Source: a virus (taxonomy: Duplodnaviria; Caudoviricetes). From it: DNA of 36,850 nucleotides. Each line of letters opens with the position of its first letter. Positions within the stretch are counted from its first letter, which is position 1. Shown here piece after piece: positions 16,104 through 24,556 of this stretch. The notes beneath the pieces are model-generated. The model had not been told where the DNA came from. It saw nothing but the letters and a program-made list of their open reading frames with translations, and ran no database searches. Made by a program: the position numbers and the translations under genes. The stretch lies in the IMG/VR virus record IMGVR_UViG_3300027627_000014, positions 1 through 36,850 of that record; one strand, written 5' to 3'.

Positions 16104-16951
16104 TACGTCTGCCCTCCAACCCAGTCGGGAACGCTGCCGCCGGTCCATTGAAAATCAGTCCAGTCGCGCCGCTTCGGAATGCGTTCGTTGATGTCCGTAA
16201 AGCCCAATGCGAAGAAATTCGCGTCACGCCGCCACCACTCCCACAGTTCACGCTCAATGGTCGCTCTGCCGTTCGTGCCCCAGCCTGCTCCGTGGCTGTT
16301 GAGCACACGCGGCGAGACGACTCCGCCGATCGTGGCCCAGCCAATCAAAGCTCGTGCGTGATAGCCACGGAATGAACCGCCAGAGCCGAGAGCCTTGGTC
16401 TCGATGTCTCGGACGTTAGCTTGCGTGCTGTACCAACGTGTCCCGATGACGCATGACCTTCTATCGGTCAAAAAATCTATGCAGGTATTAAAATTTCTCA
16501 GGTCCACCACTCCACCAATGTGCTTGTGAGCCGCCGCGTCACGGATTGCGTCTTGCGTCAGCGTCGTGCTGTACCGTGACGGGCGAGGACACATTGACTC
16601 CAGACAGCAGCCATCGTTCGTCGCGGCGTCAATCACGCTCTTGATCGACGTGCCGCCATCGCGGCCAATAAATTGTTTGCTCGCTCGTTGGCTGGTGATG
16701 TAGCTAAACCAGGGTGAGTATTTCACCAACTCACCGGTTTCGACGTACTGCCGATGACTGAAATTCGCGGCCCCGGCATAGCCAGCGCAGGCGTTGCTTT
16801 GCTGTTGATCCATCACTTCGATCGGCGACTCCCACGCGGCGGGCAGGCTCGACAAATCTTTGACGCGGAACGACACGGGCACCGCGTCGAAGCCATTGAT
16901 TGTCGCCTCGTGGTCGTCGCTGATAATCAGGCCAAGTCTTTCGTCGCTCAC
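16103..16951 (-). CDS. Papain-like (C1-family) cysteine peptidase
   Basis: DQQQSNACAGYA (oxyanion Gln and catalytic Cys), GYHA (His) and LNSHGAGWGTNG (Asn) in papain order; no signal peptide. Confidence 0.85.
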   Translation of the reverse strand: MSDERLGLIISDDHEATINGFDAVPVSFRVKDLSSLPAAWESPIEVMDQQQSNACAGYAGAANFSHRQYVETGELVKYSPWFSYITSQRASKQFIGRDGGTSIKSVIDAATNDGCCLESMCPRPSRYSTTLTQDAIRDAAAHKHIGGVVDLRNFNTCIDFLTDRRSCVIGTRWYSTQANVRDIETKALGSGGSFRGYHARALIGWATIGGVVSPRVLNSHGAGWGTNGRATIERELWEWWRRDANFFALGFTDINERIPKRRDWTDFQWTGGSVPDWVGGQT

Positions 16952-17334
16952 TTCAACGCCCTCCGCCCATTCGCAACCGCTCTCAACGCCTTCTCGGTCG
17001 CGACCGGATCGAACACCGTGCCCGGCGAAATTACTTTGGACATCTCGGCTGAAAGTCGCTTGTTCTGCGGCCCGCTCAGGCCCGCGTTGAACGCAGTTTG
17101 CAATTCAGATTGCAGGCCAGAGTCGTACTTCAATTCGCCCGACTTCACGCGATCAGCAACAGCGTCGATAGCGTCAGCCGACGCTGCGAGAGCTTCGAGT
17201 TGAGCCGCTCGGCTCAGTTCCTCGATTGTCGCTGCTCCCGGCTTCGGCTTGGCCGGCGTCTTGCCGCCTCCCGGTTGAGCGATACAGCCGCCGATCAGCA
17301 ATGTGGCCACAACCGCGAGTAGACAGATTCTCAT
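16948..17334 (-). CDS. Lipoprotein, helical
   Basis: MRICLLAVVATLLIGGC lipobox followed by a Pro/Gly linker. Confidence 0.7.
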   Translation of the reverse strand: MRICLLAVVATLLIGGCIAQPGGGKTPAKPKPGAATIEELSRAAQLEALAASADAIDAVADRVKSGELKYDSGLQSELQTAFNAGLSGPQNKRLSAEMSKVISPGTVFDPVATEKALRAVANGRRALK

Positions 17335-17714
17335 TTCGCGTCCAGTTCGGTTTGCACCTTGTTTCGCACTGCTCCGATCTCCGACAGCAACGCCGGGTCG
17401 ATCGTCTTTTTCTTCAGCAGCACGGCCGTCACGATCGCGATGAAGGCCGCATCAACGCCGGTTCCGTGAGCGTCGCCGTCGGTCAAATTCCGCAACGCAC
17501 CCTTCGCGAAGTCGCTAACGCTGCCGCTCTTGAACAGCGACCAGATACCGCCAGCCCCGGACAGCAACGCTGTCAGAGTGCCGACGATCGACGTGATGCC
17601 AACACCGGGAGTCATCTCTCCAGCCCCGTAGGCCACGGGAAGGATCGACGAGCTTGCCACACTGGCTCCGATGACTGACACGCCGAACAACACCGCAATC
17701 AATGCTCTGTTCAT
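17331..17714 (-). CDS. Membrane protein, holin candidate
   Basis: Two or three hydrophobic segments in 127 aa with a charged C-terminus; ATGA coupling on both sides. Confidence 0.55.
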   Translation of the reverse strand: MNRALIAVLFGVSVIGASVASSSILPVAYGAGEMTPGVGITSIVGTLTALLSGAGGIWSLFKSGSVSDFAKGALRNLTDGDAHGTGVDAAFIAIVTAVLLKKKTIDPALLSEIGAVRNKVQTELDAK

Positions 17715-17848
17715 TTTCGTTTCCTCAACCGTTTGAGTTCCTTTTCGTGCCATCGCCGATCACGCTCATCGAGCCACATCAGCCACCAAGCCAATTCGAT
17801 TGCCGCGACCGCACCGAACATCCAGGCGACGATCGACAGGTCGCTCAA
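17711..17848 (-). CDS. Small single-pass membrane protein
   Basis: TTG start after GGAG, overlapping the upstream stop; LSIVAWMFGAVAAIELAWWLMWL followed by a charged tail. Confidence 0.5.
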   Translation of the reverse strand: MSDLSIVAWMFGAVAAIELAWWLMWLDERDRRWHEKELKRLRKRK

Positions 17849-18054
17849 ACCGATCTCCAAATATCCGTCCGCCCGTCTTTTTTCTCGTAAGCCAATCCTG
17901 CGATCCGCTTCAGCCGCGACAGGATTCCGTGATTGGTGCAACCAAAGTGTCTGCATATTTGCGTCGTTGTCAGAGGACCAAATCGTGCAACTCGCTTGAC
18001 GATCATCTCGTCCGTTAGGGCATCGCGTCGGCACGATTTGATCCCAACCATCAC
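17845..18054 (-). CDS. Small winged-HTH-like protein
   Basis: GPLTTTQICRHFGCTNHGILSRLKRI...YEKKDGRTDIW resembles a winged HTH. Confidence 0.5.
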   Translation of the reverse strand: MMVGIKSCRRDALTDEMIVKRVARFGPLTTTQICRHFGCTNHGILSRLKRIAGLAYEKKDGRTDIWRSV

Positions 18055-18362
18055 ACACCACCACGAGGCTGACCCACGGGGAACTTCTGAATTATGTCTT
18101 TGATTGTGTTGGTCGTGTCGTTGAGCGTGATCACTTTTTCTCGCACGTCGGCCAGCGTGTGCTTGTGGTCCACGTCAGAGGCCAGCCGTTCCTTGTCGCG
18201 CTCCTCCATCGCGTCCATCCAGGATATGTGGCGCGTGGTCAGCGGGTGGGCGATGTATTTGGCGAACCATGCAATCGCGGAGACGATCACGGCCAGCAGC
18301 GGCCAATTTTGCGACAGAGACTTCAGCATCTCAATTTCGGTTGTCGAATCGGCAAGCATCAT
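18051..18362 (-). CDS. Single-TM plus coiled-coil membrane protein (holin/spanin-like position)
   Basis: WPLLAVIVSAIAWFAKYI transmembrane segment, then a charged helical region. Confidence 0.55.
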   Translation of the reverse strand: MMLADSTTEIEMLKSLSQNWPLLAVIVSAIAWFAKYIAHPLTTRHISWMDAMEERDKERLASDVDHKHTLADVREKVITLNDTTNTIKDIIQKFPVGQPRGGV

Positions 18363-18414
18363 CGCGGCAACCTTTATACGTGGAATAAACTCATATTCGA
18401 TTGGCTCGTTCGCG

Positions 18415-18828
18415 TCACGCGGGAGCCGCCTGCCGCTCGATTGATAGCCCGCGATTTTCGCGGCCAGTTCGCGTGCTCACGCCGTCGCTCCAAGTAAAAT
18501 CGAATCGCAAAATGTGAACCTCGCTAGTCTCAACAGTAGTGTTCGCGTTGGCGATCACGCTATCAAGCGGCTGCAACCTGAGCGTGAGCGTGCCGTCGTT
18601 GGCCACGCTCCCCCCGTTAGCGTCGAGGATCGACTGATTGTTTCGGCTGTTGATGATCGCGGCCGTTTTCTGCTCGAACTGCGTGACGGTCAGCGTAATC
18701 AGCGATGCTTTCACGATCGTCACGCCGGTCAAGTCCTGGAACGTGACAACGACGTTGCACGACTCGCCGGATTGAACCACAGCGGGAGCGTTTTTGCTGT
18801 CTCGCAGCATTTGAATGACGGTCGCCAT
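18415..18828 (-). CDS. Ig-like/BppU-N-like virion accessory protein
   Basis: Beta-rich pattern, GES..VVVTFQD..G and GTLTLRLQPLDS. Confidence 0.5.
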   Translation of the reverse strand: MATVIQMLRDSKNAPAVVQSGESCNVVVTFQDLTGVTIVKASLITLTVTQFEQKTAAIINSRNNQSILDANGGSVANDGTLTLRLQPLDSVIANANTTVETSEVHILRFDFTWSDGVSTRTGRENRGLSIERQAAPA

Positions 18829-18856
18829 AGCTCACCTGCTCCCTCTTGGCCAGCGG

Positions 18857-19276
18857 TTAGGCGAGCGTGAACACGCCGTTCGTGCCGAGAACGTTGAGTG
18901 CGTTGCCATCGGTGACTGTGACGTCGGCAGGTGTGGAATCGAGCAAGGCATAGGCAAGCACTCGCCCGGCAACTTCGTAGATCACCGCGAACCGAGCGAC
19001 AATCGAACCACCGGATGCGGTCCAAGTGTTATTCGTCAAACTGACCGTGACAGTTGTCGTGCCGCTCAGTGCGAGCGTCACACTTTGGCCGCCGGTCAGG
19101 TATCCGTTGGCGTTGGCGTGCTCGTTCGTGAGTGCGGCGTAGGTGGTTGATCCGGCCCCGATATTGGAAGTCGAGAGGAACAACGCACATTTGAACGTGT
19201 CGCTGTCGATATCGAACGTCCCGTCAAGCAATTTCGTTCGGCCTTCGTTCGTAAGTGTCCAAGTTCCGGCTGCCAT
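18857..19276 (-). CDS. Virion structural protein (fibre/collar-associated family)
   Basis: DIDSDTFKCALF...NEHANANGYLTGG...WTASGGSIVARFAVIY pattern, often seen beside repeat-rich phage fibres. Confidence 0.65.
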   Translation of the reverse strand: MAAGTWTLTNEGRTKLLDGTFDIDSDTFKCALFLSTSNIGAGSTTYAALTNEHANANGYLTGGQSVTLALSGTTTVTVSLTNNTWTASGGSIVARFAVIYEVAGRVLAYALLDSTPADVTVTDGNALNVLGTNGVFTLA

Positions 19277-19286
19277 TTTTTACTCC

Positions 19287-20930
19287 TTAAAAAGCTGATG
19301 CGGTTGCAACGATTTTCGACGTCTGGACGTAAGCGACGCAACTAGGTCTTGCGGATGTCGCGATTGCTTTTGGTGTTGCAATCCTGGCCGTGATTGTCGG
19401 AGCGTAGCATACCGCAACCGCTTGCGGCGTGAATACCACGCTGGAGCGGATTGTGGTTCCGGCCGTGACCAGTGCCGCAATGGCCGAAAACGTCGTCAGC
19501 GTCAGCGACGCGGCTCCCGGCGTGGCGTCAATCGGGTTCGTAACGATAGCCAGTTGGCCGGCGAGCGTGAGACTTGCGGCGGCGGGCGTGACGGAAGTTG
19601 TGGTCGTCAGCGTCGCAAGCTGGCCCGTAATCGTGAGGTTTGCTGCGGACGGCGTGACCGATGTGCCACTGGTGACAAGCAACACTCCGCCGGTGATTGC
19701 GAGGCTTGCGGCCAACGGCGTCACATCAACGGGCGTCGTGACGATCAACGATTGGCCGGTCAGCGTGAGACTTGCCGCCGTTGGCTCGACGGAAATCGCG
19801 TACTGAACCACGAGCGACTGCCCGGCGAGCGTCAGCCCGGCTGCCGTCGGTGTGACGTTTTGCTCGGTCGTGACCAACAAACTCTGACCGGCGAGCGTCA
19901 ATGAGGCACTCGTGGGAGCCGCGTTGGTCTCAGTGGTCACGAGCAAAGACTGGCCACTCAGCACAAGGCTTGCCGCTGTTGGCGTGGCGTTCTGCTCGGT
20001 CGTGACGAGCAACGTCTGGCCGGCCAGCGTAAGACTCGCGGCTGTTGGCTCGACTGTCAGGCCGGACGTGACGATCAATGTCTGGCCAGCGAGCGTCAAC
20101 GAGGCGGCTGTTGGCTCGACATTCGTTGCGGTCGTGACGATCAACGATTGGCCACTCAGGACAAGGCTCGCAGCCGTGGGCGTGATGTTCTGTTCGGTCG
20201 TGACAAGCAACGTCTGGCCAGCGAGCGTAAGACTTGCGGCTGTTGGCTCGACTGATATGCCGGACGTGACCAACAGCGTTTGCCCGCTGATTGTCAGCGA
20301 GGCGGCTGTTGGCTCGACATTCGTTGCGGTCGTGACCAACAAACTCTGATTAGCGAGCGTCAACGAGGCTGAGGCCGGAGCCGCGTTGGTCTCAGTCGTC
20401 AGCAACAGCGTTTGACCGGCCAGCGTCAACGTCGCTGCCGTGGGTGTGGCGTTCTGCTCGGTCGTGACCAACAAACTCTGACCAGCGAGCGTAAGGCTCG
20501 CGGCTGTTGGCTCGACCGTCAGGCCGACCGTGACCAGCAGCGTTTGCGAACTGAGCGTCAACGCCGCTGCGCTCGGCGTCGCGTTCTGCTCGGTCGTGAC
20601 GATCAGCGATTGGCCACTCAGCACAAGGCTTGCGGCTGTTGGCGTGATGTTCTGCTCGGACGTCACGAGCAATGTCTGGCCGGCCAGTGTAAGGCTCGCG
20701 GCTATTGGCTCGACTGATATGCCGGACGTGACGAGCAGAGATTGCCCGGTGATCGTCAGACTCGCTGCACTCGGCGAGATGTTAGTCGGCACACTGCTGC
20801 CCGACGCAAACAAAATGTTATCGAGTGCAAACGGCGTCCCGCTGCCAGAAAACATCGTCGCGTCAAGTTGAACGCGAACGACGCCTCCGCCTACTGATAC
20901 GCCGTCAAGAATTACGCCGACAAATGCCAT
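19287..20930 (-). CDS. Thr/Ala/Leu-rich tandem-repeat virion protein (fibre-like)
   Basis: 19 full 22-aa repeats, consensus PTAASLTLAGQ(S/T)LLVTTxxxxx. Confidence 0.8.
   Translation of the reverse strand: MAFVGVILDGVSVGGGVVRVQLDATMFSGSGTPFALDNILFASGSSVPTNISPSAASLTITGQSLLVTSGISVEPIAASLTLAGQTLLVTSEQNITPTAASLVLSGQSLIVTTEQNATPSAAALTLSSQTLLVTVGLTVEPTAASLTLAGQSLLVTTEQNATPTAATLTLAGQTLLLTTETNAAPASASLTLANQSLLVTTATNVEPTAASLTISGQTLLVTSGISVEPTAASLTLAGQTLLVTTEQNITPTAASLVLSGQSLIVTTATNVEPTAASLTLAGQTLIVTSGLTVEPTAASLTLAGQTLLVTTEQNATPTAASLVLSGQSLLVTTETNAAPTSASLTLAGQSLLVTTEQNVTPTAAGLTLAGQSLVVQYAISVEPTAASLTLTGQSLIVTTPVDVTPLAASLAITGGVLLVTSGTSVTPSAANLTITGQLATLTTTTSVTPAAASLTLAGQLAIVTNPIDATPGAASLTLTTFSAIAALVTAGTTIRSSVVFTPQAVAVCYAPTITARIATPKAIATSARPSCVAYVQTSKIVATASAF
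19521..20774 (-). repeat. 66-bp coding tandem repeat, 19 units
   Basis: Counted from the translation, residues 53-470. Confidence 0.9.
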
Positions 20931-20933
20931 TAA

Positions 20934-21218
20934 CTATTCAATCTCCACAACGACGCTACCGCGTGCCGCGACGTTTGCCGCTTGAATTGTCGCTTGAGCG
21001 GCTTGCTGTTGTGCCTGCATCACCTTTTGCACTTTAGCCGTCTCATGCTGCGTGATAACCTCTCCGAAGTAGTCGAGCAGCATCCCCTTGGCGAACTCCA
21101 GCTTGCCAGCCTCGCCAAGCGTTGTGTCGCCGGTTTGTTGCCAATTGCCTTTGGAGCACAGGGCTTCAACGACTGAATCAAATAACAAGTCGGGGCAGGT
21201 CAATGTGAGAGATTTCAT
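20934..21218 (-). CDS. Hypothetical protein (Gln/Ala coiled coil)
   Basis: AAGGAA RBS; overlaps the end of the sulfotransferase gene. Confidence 0.6.
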   Translation of the reverse strand: MKSLTLTCPDLLFDSVVEALCSKGNWQQTGDTTLGEAGKLEFAKGMLLDYFGEVITQHETAKVQKVMQAQQQAAQATIQAANVAARGSVVVEIE

Positions 21219-22092
21219 GTACAGGTTCCTTTATTGGTTCGGTGATTACGTTAGATGTTGAACTGCGATACGTTCCGTGGGCGAGGTCGTTGATACTGAC
21301 GTACTCTTCGACCAGCCACTCGCTGACTTCTTCGGTCAGGATGCCCCGCCAGCGACCGATTGCTGAGTCGTCCACTTGTGGCCTGATCGTGTGAAAGTCT
21401 CTTCCGTGAACTTCATCGTTCTCCGGTTCTTTCACCACAACGGCATTTGGATCACAGACGAACGGCGGCAACCCAATATCTACGTGAATACGGGCCACGA
21501 TGCCGACTGGATTCGCGACCAGTTCGTGATACGGCACGATGATAAGCCGGTCGTCCAGCCCTTTCTCGAAACAGTCCTTGATTGCACTGATTGACTGGCC
21601 GAGCATCGCGTCCATGCCGAGGTATTGCTTGCAGCGGTCCTTGATCGTCTGGCCGTTGATCTTCTGGTCGCCATTGCGGGCCGGTCGGCTGATTTGATTC
21701 TGGCGGAAGAGTTGTTCAAGGCTTGCCACAACGTCGCGGATGTCGCGGATCGGCAGAATGATTTGCACACGCTGCTCAAAGAGTTCTTCGAGTAGCTCAA
21801 TCTTGTTCAGCCAGTTTCTCGACTTGTCCACGACATGCCTGCCCGCGTTGAACTCGGCGTGATAAAAGCCATCGACCATGCCGAGCATTAGTCTGCGGAT
21901 TCGCGGCACCAGTTTTTCTAGTCCTTGTGCTTTGAACCCTTCGCACTGTGTCCACTGGTTTTGGACACCTTCGATGAGGTTGGCGAGATCGTTTGTAGCA
22001 GTGCAATGCAGCAACGGATTCTGCGAGAGCAATGCTTGAAGCATTGTTCCACCAGATCGGCATGTGTGAAGGAATGTGATTGGTATGCTCAC
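21178..22092 (-). CDS. Sulfotransferase (PAPS-dependent, Sulfotransfer_3-like)
   Basis: 5'-PSB loop CRSGGTML, VDKSRNW, 3'-PB motif RDIRDVVASL and YHELVANP; GTGA coupling to the tail fibre gene. Confidence 0.85.
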   Translation of the reverse strand: MSIPITFLHTCRSGGTMLQALLSQNPLLHCTATNDLANLIEGVQNQWTQCEGFKAQGLEKLVPRIRRLMLGMVDGFYHAEFNAGRHVVDKSRNWLNKIELLEELFEQRVQIILPIRDIRDVVASLEQLFRQNQISRPARNGDQKINGQTIKDRCKQYLGMDAMLGQSISAIKDCFEKGLDDRLIIVPYHELVANPVGIVARIHVDIGLPPFVCDPNAVVVKEPENDEVHGRDFHTIRPQVDDSAIGRWRGILTEEVSEWLVEEYVSINDLAHGTYRSSTSNVITEPIKEPVHEISHIDLPRLVI

Positions 22093-23507
22093 GACGTTAC
22101 CTCAACTGTCTCGACGAGACAAACCGTTCGGATCGTCGTTGATGCCGCACCCGTAAATTGCACCTTTAGGCAACCGTTTGTTGTATCTGCCGTGATTGCA
22201 ACTGCCCACGGACTCGGCATCATCGCACCGGCGTCTTGGGCGATTGATGTTGCTGTAATTGCAGCGACCACCACCGTTGCGGCTGCATTCGCTCCACGCC
22301 GAATTGTGCCAAGGAATGACCACGAGGCACTCGTGCCAATGACATCGGTGCGGTGGCTGTTGATGAGGCCACGCACGATATAAGAGGAGTTGTTCGGGAG
22401 CACGACTTGGTTGGATGTGCTTGCTGCCGCTTGGTTGGCGGTGAGAACTTTTGCAGTTGCATCGGTTGTTAGGCCACGCAGGATGTATTGACCTCGTTGG
22501 GCGTCGCCTTGCGTTGCGAATTGACCAGAAGCAATCGCGGCCATTCCGATCAATGCTCGTGTTGTTGCTCTCTGACCACCCGGAACCGAAGATGAATGAC
22601 CAGACGCTGCGTTGCCGTTACCACTCGACACGACGGAATATGTACCACTTGCTGTATTGGCATTCCCACCCGACACGACGGAATATGCACCACTTGCTGT
22701 ATTGGTATTCCCGCCAGACACGACGGAAGCAGCGTTACTTGCTGTATTATTGTTCCCACCACATACGACGGAACGAACACCACTTGCTATATTGGTAAGC
22801 CCGCCTAACACGATGGAATAAACATCGCTTGCTGTGTTATTGTAACCACCAGAAACAACGGAATAATTGCCACTTGCCACCTGTATTGCAGCACCGCGTT
22901 TAGTCTGTAAATCAACAGCGTTTACTCCTCTCTTATTTCCCCCGGCTATTGCTGAATCTGGCAACTGTGCCAGAATCGCCCCCGTCCCTTTCGGCTGCAA
23001 CACAAAGTCTGCATTCGTGCTTGTTGCCACCACCAGCAACCGCGAGGCGTTCACCACGTTGTTTGGAGCGGCCACGTTCTGAGAGCCAGTGAAGCCATTC
23101 AAACTGGCACTTAGCTGCTGGCCAATCAATCGCCATCGCTGCGAGGTTACGTCGTACTGGATTACGCACGTTGAATTAGCAGCGAGTGTCGTATCTTCAA
23201 TCAACGAAATACGATTATCCACACGCGACGACGCACTCGCGTTGATGAGCACAATCGCAAACGAGCCGACGTTCCAAAGTAATCGCGGTCGGCCATCCAA
23301 TGTAGAGCGAAACCCAGTGATGTTCCACGCCGCCGACGATGACAGCCGCAGCACGTCGCAGGTGTCCCAGCCAACAGGCGAATAGTTATTGACGCTGGCG
23401 GTCAGTTGCGGAGCCGTCACGACGCTCACGGCCTGCGGCAATACTGGCCGAGGCTCAAGACGCGGCGAGCGTGCTCTCTGGGTTCCGAATAGTCCGTGAT
23501 TTGACAT
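22089..23507 (-). CDS. Tail fibre/spike protein with 15-aa ASGxxSVVSGGxxNx repeats
   Basis: Seven beta-roll-like repeats at residues 211-315 (nt 22563-22877); Gly/Ser/Thr/Ala-rich. Confidence 0.75.
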   Translation of the reverse strand: MSNHGLFGTQRARSPRLEPRPVLPQAVSVVTAPQLTASVNNYSPVGWDTCDVLRLSSSAAWNITGFRSTLDGRPRLLWNVGSFAIVLINASASSRVDNRISLIEDTTLAANSTCVIQYDVTSQRWRLIGQQLSASLNGFTGSQNVAAPNNVVNASRLLVVATSTNADFVLQPKGTGAILAQLPDSAIAGGNKRGVNAVDLQTKRGAAIQVASGNYSVVSGGYNNTASDVYSIVLGGLTNIASGVRSVVCGGNNNTASNAASVVSGGNTNTASGAYSVVSGGNANTASGTYSVVSSGNGNAASGHSSSVPGGQRATTRALIGMAAIASGQFATQGDAQRGQYILRGLTTDATAKVLTANQAAASTSNQVVLPNNSSYIVRGLINSHRTDVIGTSASWSFLGTIRRGANAAATVVVAAITATSIAQDAGAMMPSPWAVAITADTTNGCLKVQFTGAASTTIRTVCLVETVEVTS

Positions 23508-23896
23508 TAGAAGTCACTCGCTTCAACGTGAACCTTGAACGTCTCGGCAATATGCGTCGATGCCCGCAACGAGTAGCCGGTTGGCAACAGGATCGGCACT
23601 GTCGGCACCCATTCGTAGTTGGCTACTTCCACCGACACGCTCGGTGTCACGGCCAAGATCATCATCTCCTTGACGAGAAAGTACGCTGCTCCATCGTAAA
23701 TGAAGATTCGCACAACACCGGCAGTCGTCGTGCCCGCCGCAACAACGCGAACCATTTCGACGCGTCCGCCGTTCGCTCCAGGTGTGTAGACCGTGCCAAC
23801 TGTTCCAGTACCGTCGCGAGCGGTATTCGCTGTCGCGATTGACGCCATCGCGTGAATCGGAGTGAGTGTAAAAATCGGCGTAGTGTTGGCTGGCAT
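23507..23896 (-). CDS. Beta-rich virion protein
   Basis: ANTARDGTGT..TVYT.GANG.RV pattern; TAATG coupling to the fibre gene. Confidence 0.65.
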   Translation of the reverse strand: MPANTTPIFTLTPIHAMASIATANTARDGTGTVGTVYTPGANGGRVEMVRVVAAGTTTAGVVRIFIYDGAAYFLVKEMMILAVTPSVSVEVANYEWVPTVPILLPTGYSLRASTHIAETFKVHVEASDF

Positions 23897-23930
23897 GGGT
23901 TATCTCGCTTTGAAAATCAGGCTCACGGAT

Positions 23931-24113
23931 TTAGTTTTCGGCACTCACTACACCGCCGATTCTCGCGGCCTTCTGCAATCTTGCAACCGCACACGTCACG
24001 CGGCCGTCGAGTTTGACCGGCGAAGCATACCGTAACCGAGCAAGGTCACGCAGTGCAGATGCGGCGAGGATGCCAGTGCGTCGGCGAATTTTGGTGGTGG
24101 AGTTTGCCATCAC
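23931..24113 (-). CDS. Possible small basic protein
   Basis: Coupled start and fills the gap; no recognisable motif. Confidence 0.35.
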   Translation of the reverse strand: MMANSTTKIRRRTGILAASALRDLARLRYASPVKLDGRVTCAVARLQKAARIGGVVSAEN

Positions 24114-24556
24114 GCTTCACCGTACGGGTAGAGTTGGTTCCACTTCATCTGTCGAAATCCGCAGCCCGTGCAATCGCTGCCCGTGATCGCACGGAATGCG
24201 GCCTGATAGACCATGCCGGGTGAGCCGAGCAGCCGCTTGATCGTGTCACCGACGCCAACGTCGCCGTGTGCCGCGAGCGTTGCGATTAACGCCGCCGCTG
24301 CTGGCCATTGATTGCGTGGGACTGCGACAAACGCCTCTGGCAATGTCTGAGTGCCGCTCGATTGCTGCACGTTGGCGATCGGTTGCGACATGACTGCGGC
24401 ACGATGGTCCCAGAACTTTTTGTAACCGATTGATTGGTCTTCTCGGCAGTTTATTCCTTGGCAGAATTCCCAATCACGCTGAGTTTTTTTGTCCTGATGC
24501 CGTGCGCAGAAACCAGCAACAGCACATTCGCAGGGGTACGGGATTTGTCCAATCAT
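24110..24556 (-). CDS. Cys-motif protein (CxC..CxxH; GVGD...CxGC..RQ.KWN)
   Basis: 7 Cys; TGATG coupling to the upstream Cys-rich gene. Confidence 0.65.
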   Translation of the reverse strand: MIGQIPYPCECAVAGFCARHQDKKTQRDWEFCQGINCREDQSIGYKKFWDHRAAVMSQPIANVQQSSGTQTLPEAFVAVPRNQWPAAAALIATLAAHGDVGVGDTIKRLLGSPGMVYQAAFRAITGSDCTGCGFRQMKWNQLYPYGEA

